A DNA stretch of 64,000 bases from Octopus vulgaris (GCA_951406725.2 OX597828.1:53444001-53508000); one strand, 5' to 3'. Counted from the stretch's first letter, positions 40,501 to 54,431 are shown. Numbers and translations: made by a program. Notes: generated by a model not told the origin, from the letters alone.

Positions 40501-40882
40501 CAAGAGAAAGAGAGAAAGGGAGGGAGAGAGAAGTGAGGAATATATACAGCTATAACCAAACACATAGAAAGATAGATACATTGAAGAATTGCGCCGAAAT
40601 CAGAGCACATGTCCTATGATCGATGGCAATATCAATGGAAGCACTATTCTGAAGATGGTAAATATCGATCACTTTCCACCTACATATATACAGACACACA
40701 TACACACGTGTAAATATATCTACACAAGCGCCTACATAAATACATACGCACACATACACATATATGCTTATATGCATATATATGTATCCGTATAAACATG
40801 CATACACATATATACAGACATGTGTGTGTACATACATGTATATATGTTTATGTGTGCATGTGTGTGTTTGTGGGGGCGGTGA

Positions 40883-40915
<33 letters not shown>

Positions 40916-41304
40916 TATGTGTGTGTGTGCGCATGTGTGTCCATATAGGTGTACAAATACGCAAAAACTCACAGTGTCTTTGAAGACAGAAATATTGATT
41001 ACTACGCAACGAATAAAAGAAGAAGGAGAAGAAGAAGAAGAAGAAGAAGAAGGAGAAGAAGGAGAACAAGAAGAAGAAGAAGAAGAAGAAGAAGAAGAAG
41101 AAGAAGAAGAAGAAGAAAAAGAAGAACAACAACAACAATAACAGCAACAACAGCAACAACCGCAACAACGTAGTGTTAATGATAATGACGATGATAACTA
41201 TAATATCGTTGTTATGTCTGTTATTGGCAGCGGGGCTGCTGCTGCTGCTGCTGCAGCCGGCTGGCTGGGAAAGCAGTGGCACTGGTTGAAATCGTATTGG
41301 TGGT

Positions 41305-41306
41305 AG

Positions 41307-41339
<33 letters not shown>

Positions 41340-41461
41340 CGACGACGACGACGATGATGACGACGATGATAATGATGGTGATGACGATGATGATGATGAT
41401 GATGACGACGATGATGATGATGACGACGATGATGATGATGATGACGATGACGATGACGATA

Positions 41462-41498
<37 letters not shown>

Positions 41499-41535
41499 CG
41501 ACGATGATGATGATGATGATGATGATGATGACGAC

Positions 41536-41569
<34 letters not shown>

Positions 41570-41580
41570 GTGGTGGTGGA
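41305..41580. repeat. (GAT/GAC)n microsatellite
   Basis: Direct inspection; source of the poly-H/S/M ORFs. Confidence 0.95.
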
Positions 41581-41670
41581 AAGAGAGAAAGAAAAACGAA
41601 AGAAAGAAAGAGAGTAACAATAAGAAAGAAAAAAGAAAGAATAAGAAAGAAAATGAAAGAATAAGAAAGT

Positions 41671-41734
<64 letters not shown>

Positions 41735-42151
41735 CAGATAAGAGAAGGAAGGAAGGAAAGAAGGAAGAAAAAAGGAAGGAAGGAAGACAAAAAGAAAAAA
41801 AAGAATTATAATTGAATGAGTGAGTGAGCGCAAAATAATCAAAGACAGAAAGAAAACCAGAATGCAAGGAAATGATAGAAAGAAAGGAAGAATGAAAGAG
41901 CAAAAGCTGTGGCAACAGCAACAACAACAACAACAACAATAATGCGAAATAAGAGTCAGAAAAAGAAACGATCAAGACGTTTCTATTGATTTGAACTTAC
42001 AGACTGACTGTACAGGTGTCAACTTTTGTCGGTGGTGTGTGTGTGTCAGTATGTGTATGTGTGTGTGTGTGTGTATGTGCTATATGTTTATTCATAGTGT
42101 GAGTGTATGTATTGTGCACGTGTGTATTTATGCATGTGTGTAGTGCTTGTG

Positions 42152-42208
<57 letters not shown>

Positions 42209-42339
42209 ATTGACCTCATAATGTTTTTGTTGTTTTTGCACTTTTATATTATTCCTAATTTCTGCATTTCTTCATACACCCACACACATGTATAGAAATA
42301 CTATATACACACACATATACATACATGCATATATCTATA

Positions 42340-42372
<33 letters not shown>

Positions 42373-42389
42373 CTCTATATATATATATA

Positions 42390-42742
42390 CTAGCAGTATC
42401 GCCCGGCGTTGCTCAGGTTTGTAAGGGAAATAACTATAAAGCATTTTTAGAGAGTTATAGCCAAAAAATAGCAAAAAAATGATGGTAAATTTTTTTTTTA
42501 CTTAAAAAAAGGTTGAGTTGCGTCCCTAAACAGTCTGTGGTTTGTTTCTGATTCTCGACCATGTCGATTTTATCGATTTTTTCAGAACTGGGGAACTTTT
42601 CAAAATTTTCGCTGCGTTAGTTTTGAATTATGACATTGGGCTATGTGTGTGTCAAGTTTCATCAGAATCGGTTGAAAGCGTCAGGTGGTACAAGCAAACA
42701 GACACACAGAAAACCACACAAACTCGTTTATATATAGAGAGA
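42390..42742 (-). mobile_element. non-autonomous Helitron
   Basis: Minus strand starts TC(TCTCTATATATAAAC) and ends with the GC-rich hairpin CCTGAGCAACGCCGGG plus CGATACTG-CTAG. It sits between A and T with no TSD. Confidence 0.8.
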
Positions 42743-42744
42743 TA

Positions 42745-42818
<74 letters not shown>

Positions 42819-42821
<3 letters not shown>

Positions 42822-43345
42822 CGCAGGCGTGGCTGTGTGGTAAGAAGCTTGCTTCTCAAACATGTGGTTCCGGGTTCAGTCACACAGCGTGGCACCTTGG
42901 GCAAGTGTCTTCTACTAAAGACCTTGGGCAAGTGTCTTCTACCAAAGTCTTGTGAGTGGATTTGGTAGATGGAAACGGAATGAAGCCCGCTATATATTTA
43001 TATGTGTGTGTGTGTGTGCTTGTCTCCATGACATAGTGGTTCGGCCAAAGACACCGATAAAATAAGTAGTAGGCTGAAAACAATAGTCCTGAGGTCGATT
43101 TGTTCGACTAAAAACCTTCAAGGTGGTGCCCCAGCATTGCCGTAATCAGCTGGCTGCAACAAAAGATAGGAGTGGCTGTGTGTAGCTTACCGGGTTCATA
43201 CACACACACATATATATATATACGACGGGTTTCTTTCAGTTTCTGTCTACCAAATCCACTCTGAAGGCTTTGGTCGGCCGGAGGCTACAGTAGAAAGCAC
43301 TTGCCCACGGTGCCACGCAGTGGGACTGAACCCGGAACCATGTGG
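42819..43345. mobile_element. SINE family A cluster (+ copy 42819-43170, - fragment 43200-43345)
   Basis: Family matches; small internal duplication of ACCTTGGGCAAGTGTCTTCTAC. Confidence 0.8.
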
Positions 43346-43711
43346 TTGAAGGCTTCACTTCCACACACGCCATCTTAATTTAATTTGTCCTTAGTCGAAA
43401 GACACCTGTTGTTAATGTTCTGTTATTTGCATTTGTATTTGTGTAACATTTCTCCGCTTTTTTTCCTGTCCTTGTTTTCGTATACATTCGCTGCTTTCTT
43501 CCAAGGAATCTAGCGCTCTTAGCTTAATTTTTCATTGTGGTTGGCCAGATTGGAGCAATATCGAGTGTAACCAGCCGAAATTGCAAAGATAATCTGGAAC
43601 TCGACTGAGCAAAAAAAACTCGTATGACCCGTCCTTGATTTTCTTGTCCTTTTTTTGTATCATTTGTCTGGATGTTTTACGTTCTTGTCCAATTTTTTGT
43701 AATCCTTTATA

Positions 43712-43793
<82 letters not shown>

Positions 43794-44510
43794 TATGTAT
43801 AGATGAAAAATACATTAGATACTACAAAATGTACACCTAGGACAGACACAGAAGGACCGTAATTCTTCATCAGTTATCGACCAAAAATACTAATACCCCG
43901 TTTCGTGCCTTTAACTGTAAGACTGGGACTTCGTATATCGGCGGCAGTCGCAAAATTCGCGGAGAATTAGAGTTCGAGCAAAGAAGACAATGCAGGGTGG
44001 CCGTACGAAAGTAAACAAATGTAATTTGAAACGATAGACGAAGACAGAATAAATACAGCCTTTTGTCCAAACAAGAGAATGATGGGTAATGCCTAGAAGA
44101 AATTATCAATGGATATAAAAAGAGAAAAAGTAAGAGAGGAGGAGAAAATGTTGACCGGCAGGCTAAGCGTCCGGTGGCGAAAAGGCAGAGATGAGAAAAG
44201 TTATCACGGGTCACGTGGGGGCATTAGATAGAAGGGAAGGCGGATGAGAGAGAGGGAGACAGAGAAAGTGGAAGAAAGAAAAGAAAGGAAGGAAGGAAGG
44301 AAGGGAGAAAGTCTACAATTAAAAGTGAGAAGACTAATATTCCGGGTCGATAAATGATGCAGAATTAGGGTCCGCCTGTGTCTGTCCTACGTGTACGTTT
44401 TGAAGTATTTCATACATTTTTTATTTATTGAGTAACTGAAAATCACGCATCCCAACTTTAGTTGACAGTAAGTTGATGTGTGTGTGTGTGAGTGTGTGTG
44501 TTTGTGTGAG

Positions 44511-44941
<431 letters not shown>

Positions 44942-44963
44942 ATATATATATATATATATGGAC

Positions 44964-45262
44964 ATATATAAAAGGAGTTTTAGAGACAGAACCACTTTCA
45001 GCTCAATCAACACGTGTAGTCGTATAAACGGTAAATACGGGATTCAGAATCGATATAGTTAGTATAAGATTTAATATTTGATATTTTATGGAGTGGTCGG
45101 ATACAAAATCTTTCCGTATTGATTGAGTTGAAGGTGGTTCTGTCTCTAAAACGTCTTTTATATATACGAATTAAACATTGAGAGATGCCCATTTTAGTAC
45201 ATATAATTTGAATGTCTTTTTCCTGTATACTCCGAAGTAATATTCCCTAATAATTATAATTG
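44964..45262 (+). mobile_element. inverted-repeat element (arms 44964-45010 and 45119-45165) with tail
   Basis: ATATATAAAAGGAGTTTTAGAGACAGAACCACTTTCAGCTCAATCAA pairs with TTGATTGAGTTGAAGGTGGTTCTGTCTCTAAAACGTCTTTTATATAT. Confidence 0.75.
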
Positions 45263-45332
45263 TATAACATATATAGACATATATAAAAATAATTAAGGAA
45301 TCAGAGGATGGATTTAGTATTAGTCTTTATTC

Positions 45333-45438
45333 CGCACGACGATCGTTTCGACCTATTCTGCGACTGTCCTTTATGGGTGGGAAGTTGTGATTCATTTTGT
45401 GTTGCATCAATTTTGCAGTCTGGGTCACGTCAGGTACA
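45333..45438 (-). ncRNA. type I hammerhead-like motif with long stem II
   Basis: GTAC-CTGACG(A missing)-T-GACC..GGTC-GAAA-CGATCG-TC-GTGC. Confidence 0.65.
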
Positions 45439-46214
45439 TGCATACATAAAGTGGTGTCCCGCTAAAAATATTGAGTTCAGGCAGTCATCTTGTTATTTGC
45501 CTGCATTCTTAGGGAATATGGCGATGCTGCAATTGTCCTCATGTTAAATATTCTTAATAAATAATTGGAAATAAATGGAAATATAAGCGTATAAACTGTA
45601 GAAGAGAAAGTATATGGTAAATATAGATGGGGTGAGACCTGTAAAGAAGGATTAGAGGCATGAGACATAGGCACTCACGCTCACGCTTGACCACCGATGC
45701 TGGTGTGTTTACGTCCCAGTAACTTAGCGGTTCAGCAAAAGAGGCCGATAGAATAAGTACTAGGCTTACAAAGAATAATGGGATCGATTTGCTGACTAAA
45801 AAAGGTGGTGCTCCAGCATGCACGCAATCAAATGACTGAAACAAGTAAAAGAGTAAAAGAAGAACCTGCTGACAAAATTAGTTTCCCAAATCATTTTGGT
45901 AATCCTATTCTTCAACCATTCAACGTCGGGTAACTCAAAGAATGCGCGTTTAAGCACGTGTGTGTGTGTGTGTGTGTGCGTGTGTGTGTACTCGCACGTG
46001 TGTTTAAGTATACGCAAGCTTATGCATTTATATATATGCACACTGCTATATGTATGTATGTGCACCGGTGCATAGGCGCGTTGTTCTTGGAAATGAAATT
46101 AGTATTATATCCGACGTGACACCGTTGAGATTTGACAAACTGTCTACAAGAAAGATCACACACACACGGTAGGGAAGGTGGTGAAGGTGGTGGTGGTGGT
46201 GGTGGTGGTGGTGA

Positions 46215-46251
<37 letters not shown>

Positions 46252-46288
46252 AGCGGCGGCAGCGGCGGCAGCGGCGGCAGCGGCGGCA

Positions 46289-46320
<32 letters not shown>

Positions 46321-46719
46321 AGCGGCGGCAGCGGGCGGCGGCGGCGGCGAGCGGCGGCGGCGGCGGCGGTGGTGGTGGTGGTGGTGGTGGTGGCGGCAGC
46401 GGCGGAAGTGTGACGGTGGTCCCCTCTTTGCATGGTGAATAAGATGTGGTTAGTGTTTTTGTGACAGTTGGTTGGCGGCGAAGGGAAAGATTATTAGCCC
46501 CGTCGTTGCTGGGTGTGATATTAATGTTGCTGTCAATGGTGGCGGTGGTAGTATTGGTGGTGGTGGTGGGGGGTCGTTGTTATACTAGTGGGACGATGTT
46601 AGTGCTGTTGGTAGTTTTGGTGACTTTGGTTGTATTATTCTTGTTGGTGGGCTTTTGGTGATGGTTGTAGATGTGATGGCTATGACACGGTAATTGCTAT
46701 TTTTTTTTTAAAAAAAGCT

Positions 46720-47120
46720 CTTGTTTATGTCATTGGATTGCGGCCTTCCTGGGGCCCCGCCTTGACGGGTGTAATCAAATAAATCGACCCCAGTACATGT
46801 TTTTGAGTCTGATAGTTATTCTATCGGTGTATTTTGCCGAACTGCTAGTTACCGGGATGCAAAGGAACCAAAACCAGATATCAAGCCGTAGAGGAGGAAC
46901 AAATTCAAAGACACACACACACACACACACATATTTATATATACGAAGGGCTTCCGCACAGTTTCACAGCTTCCGTATAAGAAATTCGTTCAGATGGTAC
47001 TTGTCGGTCCGGGGCAATTGTAAAAACCACTTTCCTCGAGATGCTGTGCTGTGCAATTGAACCCGATACCACATGATTGTAAACCACGTTTCTAAACCAC
47101 ATAATTGGGCCTACGCCATG
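46720..47120 (-). mobile_element. SINE family A, old diverged copy
   Basis: Degenerate match along the whole length. Confidence 0.65.
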
Positions 47121-47696
47121 TGCAACGAAATCACGAACACCTCCATACAAATGGTTCTGCCGCCAAAAGACACCTACGGAAATGCCGCATTCAAGACATC
47201 CAGGTTTGCATTGACGCTACAGAAAGAAACACTGGGAACTTAGGGATAAAAAAAGCTTCTTTAATTAAGAGACATACACCACGAATTAATAACAGATCAG
47301 CGATTCACGTGTTCGATCGATTACTGACTCATATCAACCCTTCACAGACACACACGATATGACAGAAAACTCAGCGAATAACGACTTCTCTCCAGAGATT
47401 AAGAAATCCTAACCCTGAAATATTTAAATATCAAATAAGATTATCAGCGTGAATTATTAAATGACTTGCGTTGTTTTGGCTTGTAAAAAAATAAATAAGC
47501 AAAACCTTTTATATAGGAGACAATGCCTCGTGGGAACTATTACATTTACGCTCACACACACACACATGTGTGTGTGTGTTCCATACCTACTTTGGAGCTG
47601 TGCAGAATGAAGCCGAAACGCTTGTTGTGCTAATAAATGCTTCTACTTACACTAAGTCATTTGTATTAATATTTTTAACACACACACACACGCACG

Positions 47697-47808
<112 letters not shown>

Positions 47809-47809
47809 C

Positions 47810-48580
47810 TTTAACTTCCCCCTCTCTCTCTCTCTTGCTCTCTCTACCTCACCCTTCTCTCTAGCCTGTGTCTTCCTCTATCTGTCTCTCTCTCTCTCTC
47901 TCTCCTACTCCTCCTCACTTTCGTCACTGCTAAACATTTCCGCCATTTGCATTCAGGCCATAAGGTCATCATTTCCTTGCGCTCGCCAGTTACCCTCTCG
48001 TCCATGCCAGAACAAAGGCCTCCGTTCGTCTTTTTCGTTTGTTCTCTTGTTTATTTTTGATTTCTCGTTTTGTAATTTAATTCTCGTTATGTATTTTCGT
48101 GTACATGTATCTTTAATATTGTATTATTTTTTCTTGTATGTATTTTTTGTGCAGTTCCTTGTTACGTCCCTTTTTGTGTTACATTTTGTCTTGCTCGTTT
48201 ACCCCTCTACGAGTTTATTTTACTTTAATTCTCTCGTAGGAAGGCCTAGCTTGACCTTACGTGTTCTGTCTCTGCCTTCGAAACACGTGTCTGCTAGCGA
48301 CAGCTGATGAAGGGGATTTTTCCTTGTGTAGCATGTCCTGTACTTCGTTTTTCTGCTACACATAATTGTTTTTCCCGTTTTCGTTTTCGTTTCGTCTTGT
48401 TCCACGTCTCTGTCCTCCTGTTGTAACAAAATGTCTTCTCCGTTTTCGTTCTGTTGATTTTTTCGTCTTCTTGTGATGTCCTGTACGTATATATATATTT
48501 ATATATGCATGTATATATACATGTAGATGTCGGTACGTACATATATGTTTGTATGTATGCATATATTTTATTTATTACAC
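47810..48580 (+). mobile_element. pyrimidine-rich interspersed element with a GAAA..CTGATGA motif
   Basis: 3' part homologous to 19455-19696; bounded by (TA)n on both sides. Confidence 0.55.
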
Positions 48581-48733
48581 TATATATATATATATATATG
48601 TAACACATGGTATAATTATAACCAGAGGAAATTTTTAGCCATTTATCCACTGACTGAAAAACAAATGATGAAAAACCTTAATCGATTTTCGAACCTTATT
48701 GGGTTCTCATCAGAAGCGTCTACATCATTCTGA

Positions 48734-48815
<82 letters not shown>

Positions 48816-49114
48816 TATGTGTGTGTGTCTTTGTGTCTGTTTTTGTCCGCTGCCCCCGCCACCATCGCTTCACTACCGGTGCTTGTATATTCATATTCAC
48901 GGAACTTAGTATTTCGGCAAAAGAGACACCGATAGAATAAATACCTGGTTTAAAAAAAAATGTACGGGGGTCTATTCATTCAACTAAAAATTCTTCAGCG
49001 AAGTGCCCCAGCATGGCTGCAATATAATGACTGAAACAAGTAAAAGATACATATTCAAAAATTTTGCTGAAAAGATCCTGGCTATGGGTTATAGAAAATA
49101 GTGTAGGATCAGTT

Positions 49115-49272
49115 AATTATGATTTTATTCAACATATTTCCCTCTCAGATTCACACACTTATTGAAGCAGTCCTTCAGTTTTTCTAACACCTGTAAAAGA
49201 GCTCAGAATGTTGGACCTCCTACCAGGCCTTTCGCGTACCTTTAAAGCCAGGAATTTTTCAGCACCCTCTCT
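49115..49272. mobile_element. mariner-derived MITE end
   Basis: Ends CCAGGAATTTTTCAGCACCCTCT, the reverse complement of a mariner-type GAGGGTGCTGAAAAATTCCTGG TIR. Confidence 0.55.
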
Positions 49273-50676
49273 GAGCGTCTTATTAATACTTTGCATGTAC
49301 CACGTTCTCGCGTTCTTGTTTTTTTTTCTTATACGTAAGATCATAAATTCGCCTAGCAAATTATTTTTATTTGCTAAAGAAATTTGAAACTTAGGTATAA
49401 CCGCAAAAATAACAAGGTAAAAGATTTTATTTTTCAATCCCTCCGAAAATTGCTATTAAATGTGGTTTTGGTCGTTTCGACTGCTTCTTCTAGCGCGTAA
49501 AAATTACCTGTTAACGGTAATTTTCTCTTGACTTTAAATGTACACTAATTTACACAACACACACACACATATATATAAGTGTGTATGTATGCAAGCATGT
49601 ATATAATACATACATACACGCGCGCGTGTCATGATACAAAGTTTTCATTAATCAAATTTCTCTCTTAGGGCATTCGTTCAATCAAATGCTACCAGAAATG
49701 ATATATATCCAAGGTACCACATAGTAGGATCGAAATGCAATCCCTGTTTTAACGAACCCCTAATCCATACAACTAACATCTGAACCTTTCCTTTTCCATG
49801 TCTTGCTATTCCATTCTTGTTCTACCAACACAGACTGCCTGCCTTCTCTTATGTCTGCTAAAAACACAGCAACAAGTTACATGGACGTCAGTATAAAAAT
49901 CTGGACTTTTTCTCTCTGCAAGTTGATTACAGGAATTATTCAGCAGTTGGTGCCGGTCAGAGCCGAAATGGTTAGCGTAGATGGAGGAGGGAAATGTTTC
50001 GTAGATAAAGCAATAAATAACGATATAAAGTAAGTTGTGGGAAGGGTAAGGAAAGATAAAAGACAGACAAACAAGGTAGGAGCAAACGTTCAGATAAAGT
50101 GTTAATGACGTCATAACATTTAGCAGGCGACACTTATATTGCGTAGATAATGTAGTTTGTCTGTCAATGGAGTCCTACAATTGAAACAAGTCTCAGAATA
50201 TATCTAGTCACGCCTTCCCTCTAGGCCGTATGTTGTTCTCTTGTTATTGTTGTTGCCGTTACGGCTGCTGCTGTTGTTGCTGCTGTTGTTGTTGTCGCTG
50301 TTGTGGTGGTGGTGGTGGTGGTGGTGGTGGTGGTAAACCCTGGGTTAGTTCTGCTAAAGCAAATTTATGTTTAGAAGCATTTCAATGGTGATCAGCCAGT
50401 TTCTTATCTTATTGTTCAGAAACATTGCATCGGAATTATATTAGGCAATGTGGCATTTTTATTTACAAGCATTAATGCATTTTTAAAGGCGATTTAGCTT
50501 CTATTTCTAGTAAACCAGCCACATTTGGTAGCAGTGGTAGGGGTTTGATTGTTAAATTTTCACAGAGCTAGTCATTGTTATTATTCATGTTGATTAAATT
50601 GAATTATATGCAAGTTATGCAAATCTGTGTGCGTGTTTGAATGGCTACTTGATAAGGTAAATATATATATTCATAT

Positions 50677-50793
<117 letters not shown>

Positions 50794-51142
50794 GTGTGTG
50801 GTATTTATGAAGAGAGAGATTAATAAACAATCAAGCTTTTGGAATATGGGTTTACATGAGTTGTTCCATAATTTTACATTATATAATTATATCTTTACAC
50901 CTGTTTCAGCAAATCCTGTTAATAGACGATATTATAATGCATGTTAAGCAGTTAGGTATGAAAATTATAAGATGACATTCTTCAAAAGCTAATAAGCCAG
51001 CATAATATCAATAACAGAACAACGTCCTCAGAAGGTGATGTTAAATATACATTAATTCGATTAAAAAGCTGGAATTCAAAAATCTGACTGACCAAGCACT
51101 GATCATGGTCACTATCTATTCCTGCGTAACCCTCTTCATACC

Positions 51143-51176
<34 letters not shown>

Positions 51177-51202
51177 CGCCATGATAAAGCGCTAGCCACA
51201 AC

Positions 51203-51471
<269 letters not shown>

Positions 51472-51749
51472 ATATATGTATATGTGTGTGTATGTGTTTC
51501 TGTGTTTGTGTGTGTGTGGAGTATCGATTTGTCGTATAAGGTAATTAAGAATTTCGGTTTATGACATTCTTTTCCCTCTTTTATTCTCACTGTATATGCC
51601 GTTTGTTGATACGATCAGCAAAAGAGTACTCGATCCAATGAGAGATAAATATCAATTAATGAATATATACTTAAGCTAGATACTCACCTTGGGTATGAGA
51701 TTTAGTTGTATTTGAAGACAACCTCCTGAATATAGTAGCCAACATTAAA

Positions 51750-52805
51750 CTCCGTAAGTACTCTAAGCCTTTCTTGGTTAAGCTTATATTAGAACATTTA
51801 AAAATCCTACTTTTTATGCGAAGTCAGGAATGATAAATACACCAAACCCCTTCATTACAACCCCTCTAATAAATATAAGAAGGTAAACACTGATAAATAT
51901 AATGCCATCATTGATGAGACTAAAATCCCTGCGGAGCGTAATATAAATGGCGTCATGAAATTCTGTTGAACTAGAAGAGAAGCTTTTATATCTTTAAAGG
52001 GTTACAAACCTAGCTTTGCAACCATGCCTGCCTGTAGAAGCGTAAAGTCGCTCGGATAGAGACAAGATTTAGTATCCCCCGAAAATATTAAGTTATATTA
52101 ATAGAATTAAAAAGGCTACAGAACCGCAACAGGGGACAGATAGCAATGTTGTCAAAGGCTGGTTTCAGAATATAAACGTTAAAGCTAAAGATAAGTTCAA
52201 ACTCTTTGATGTTGTAAACTTTTCCTTTTCCATATGAAAACCATTACTGAATAAACTAATCATGTTCATCAGAAAGTACGTGTCTACTGATCAGACAGAA
52301 GATGAGTGAATCTCATACCTGCATTTAAAACATCCCTCTTTAGTATGGGTTTAGCATAGATTAAGAAATGCGAACCGGTCGATCTGTTTGACATATTGTT
52401 GAGCTTATGAAAGAGCTGACGTATGTGATCTTGAAGGGCTTTTTATACTAAATTTCCTAAAAACTATCTCCTCGATGATATTAAGGTTATACCGAGATGA
52501 TGGATTTGCATATACTTCAACTGTGATGGTCAAACCCAAGGCGTCTTTAGGCAAAACTGCATATCCGTCTTTAGAAGTAAAAGTCTCAAAATCACAGTAG
52601 CTACAAACCTTGCTTCTCTGGAGCTAGATTTGACATTTTATAACCCTTAACATAAACCAAATTGAAAACTTCCTTATATGTACGAATAACCATCATCGTT
52701 TATAAAAGCTATAAAAGGCTAACATTAGTAACTGGATCATAATACTCTTTTCTTAAAGAAATTTTCGATTAGGCAGCCCCCTACAATAATAACGCCCTGG
52801 CTTAA
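51750..52805 (+). mobile_element. Penelope-like reverse transcriptase pseudogene
   Basis: REAFISLKGYKPSF..CR..GWFQNI..FKLFDVVNFSFSI..LFDI..ADVCDLEGLFIL..LYRDDGFA..LKITVATNL..KPN..EIFD*AAPYNNNAL, with many stops and frameshifts. Confidence 0.85.
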
Positions 52806-52827
52806 AGAGAAGATATCAGACACTCCG

Positions 52828-52965
52828 ACCTTTGAATTACAGAAACAACTCCTTTTTGCCAGGTGAGTAAACTGAAACAACGGGAAATAAAGAGTCTTGT
52901 TCAAGAACACAACGCGTCGTCAGGAGTCGAACACACGACCTTATGATCGTAGGCCGATTACCCAA
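52828..52965 (-). mobile_element. tRNA/CORE-like SINE fragment
   Basis: GGTCGTGTGTTCGACTCC (B box) followed by GTGTTCTTGAACAAGAC. Confidence 0.6.
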
Positions 52966-53138
52966 ATGCATTTTTTCTCTCCTTGTTTCTCTCATTTTTT
53001 TCTGTGTATCTTTCTGTAGAAGAGCATAGGCTCGAAACGTAAAAGACTTTTTCTATTCCTGAGCGCTATACTAATACTTTTGTTTGTTTGTACTCTACCT
53101 GCCTTCGTCTTTTGTTTATTTTCGTAAACTTTCCCTTT
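52966..53138 (+). mobile_element. short hammerhead-like element family H1
   Basis: TCTTT-CTGTAGA-A-GAGC ATAG GCTC-GAAA-CG-TA-AAAGA at 53009-53046; ends at (TA)n. Confidence 0.8.
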
Positions 53139-53154
53139 ATATATATATAGAAAG

Positions 53155-53198
<44 letters not shown>

Positions 53199-53200
53199 AA

Positions 53201-53235
<35 letters not shown>

Positions 53236-53871
53236 CAGGGGGAGGGAGGAGGTACTTTATATAAAGTAATGGTGGGTATCGATATGGTAGAAAGCATCGT
53301 GGTCGTAGAGATTTCGGTAGTTGATGGAGACAGCAGGAGGTAACCACAATTTAGCGCCCCAGTATTCAATATGGCGAATGTGTGTGGCAACCGAGAGAGA
53401 GAGAAAAATAAGAAAAAAGCAAATGACCCCCCACTCCCAGCCCCCTTTTCTTTGTTGCTCCCTGTGAGAATGTAGAACTGGACTAAAACGAATAGAATCT
53501 GCCCTTCCTACCAGGCCTTGCGTTTATTCTTTGTTCTTTTTCTTCCTTTTGTTGTTGCTAATGTTATTTCCAATGTTGCTGTTGTTGATATTGTTTGTAT
53601 GTATGTTTGTACGTGTGTGTGGATGTATGTATCATTGTGTGTGTGTGTGTATGTGTGTATCATTGTATTTGTGTCTCTGTATTGCAGATCCTGTCCGTTC
53701 GTTTCCGAGTTTTTTTCTTCTTCTTCTTCTTCTCAACATGTCACACAATTTCCCAAACCATTTCCCAGCTGTCATTTTTGATTCTTGCCTTTTCTCACCC
53801 CAACAAACCTCGGCTTCCTTTTCGTTCATTTGTCTCAATTTTTTTTGTTTCTTTCATCCACACGCTCATTC

Positions 53872-54431
53872 ATTCATTCATTGATTTCTTCGTGCATTTA
53901 TTCCTATATCCACTTCACTATTCTCTCGATCAAATAGACCTTCAATCTTCCATCACTCACTCACTCATTCACTCGCTCACTTCTTCGCTCGCTCACTCAT
54001 TCACTCACATACTAACTCGTTCACACACTCACTCATTTACTCATTCGTTCATTTATTTCTTCGTGCATTTATTCCTATATCCACTTCACTATTCTCTCGA
54101 TCAAATAGACCTTCAATCTTCCATCACTCATTCACTCACTCATTCACTCACTCACTCACTCATTAACTCGCCTACTTCTTCGCTCACTCACTCATTCACT
54201 CACATACTAACTCGTTCACACACTCACTCATTTACTCATTCGTTCATTTATTTCTTCGTGCATTTATTCCTATATCCACTTCACTATTATCTCGATCAAA
54301 TAGACCTTCAATCTTCCATCACTCATTCACTCACTCATTCACTCGCTCACTTCTTCGCTCACTCACTCATTCACTCACATACTAATTCGTTCGCACACTC
54401 ACTCATTTACTCATTCGTTCATTTATTTCTT
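53872..54431. repeat. minisatellite, ~3 units of ~170-195 bp
   Basis: TTCTTCGTGCATTTATTCCTATATCCACTTCACTATT.TCTCGATCAAATAGACC recurs three times with variable (ACTC)n. Confidence 0.9.

Noticed and set aside
40848-41975. 375-aa ORF, the longest in the window
   Set aside because: Concatenated (GAAA)n, (GAT)n and (GAA)n repeats.
53872-54431. Repeat-spacer appearance suggestive of CRISPR
   Set aside because: Spacers are near-identical (ACTC)n tracts, the context is eukaryotic, and there are no cas genes.
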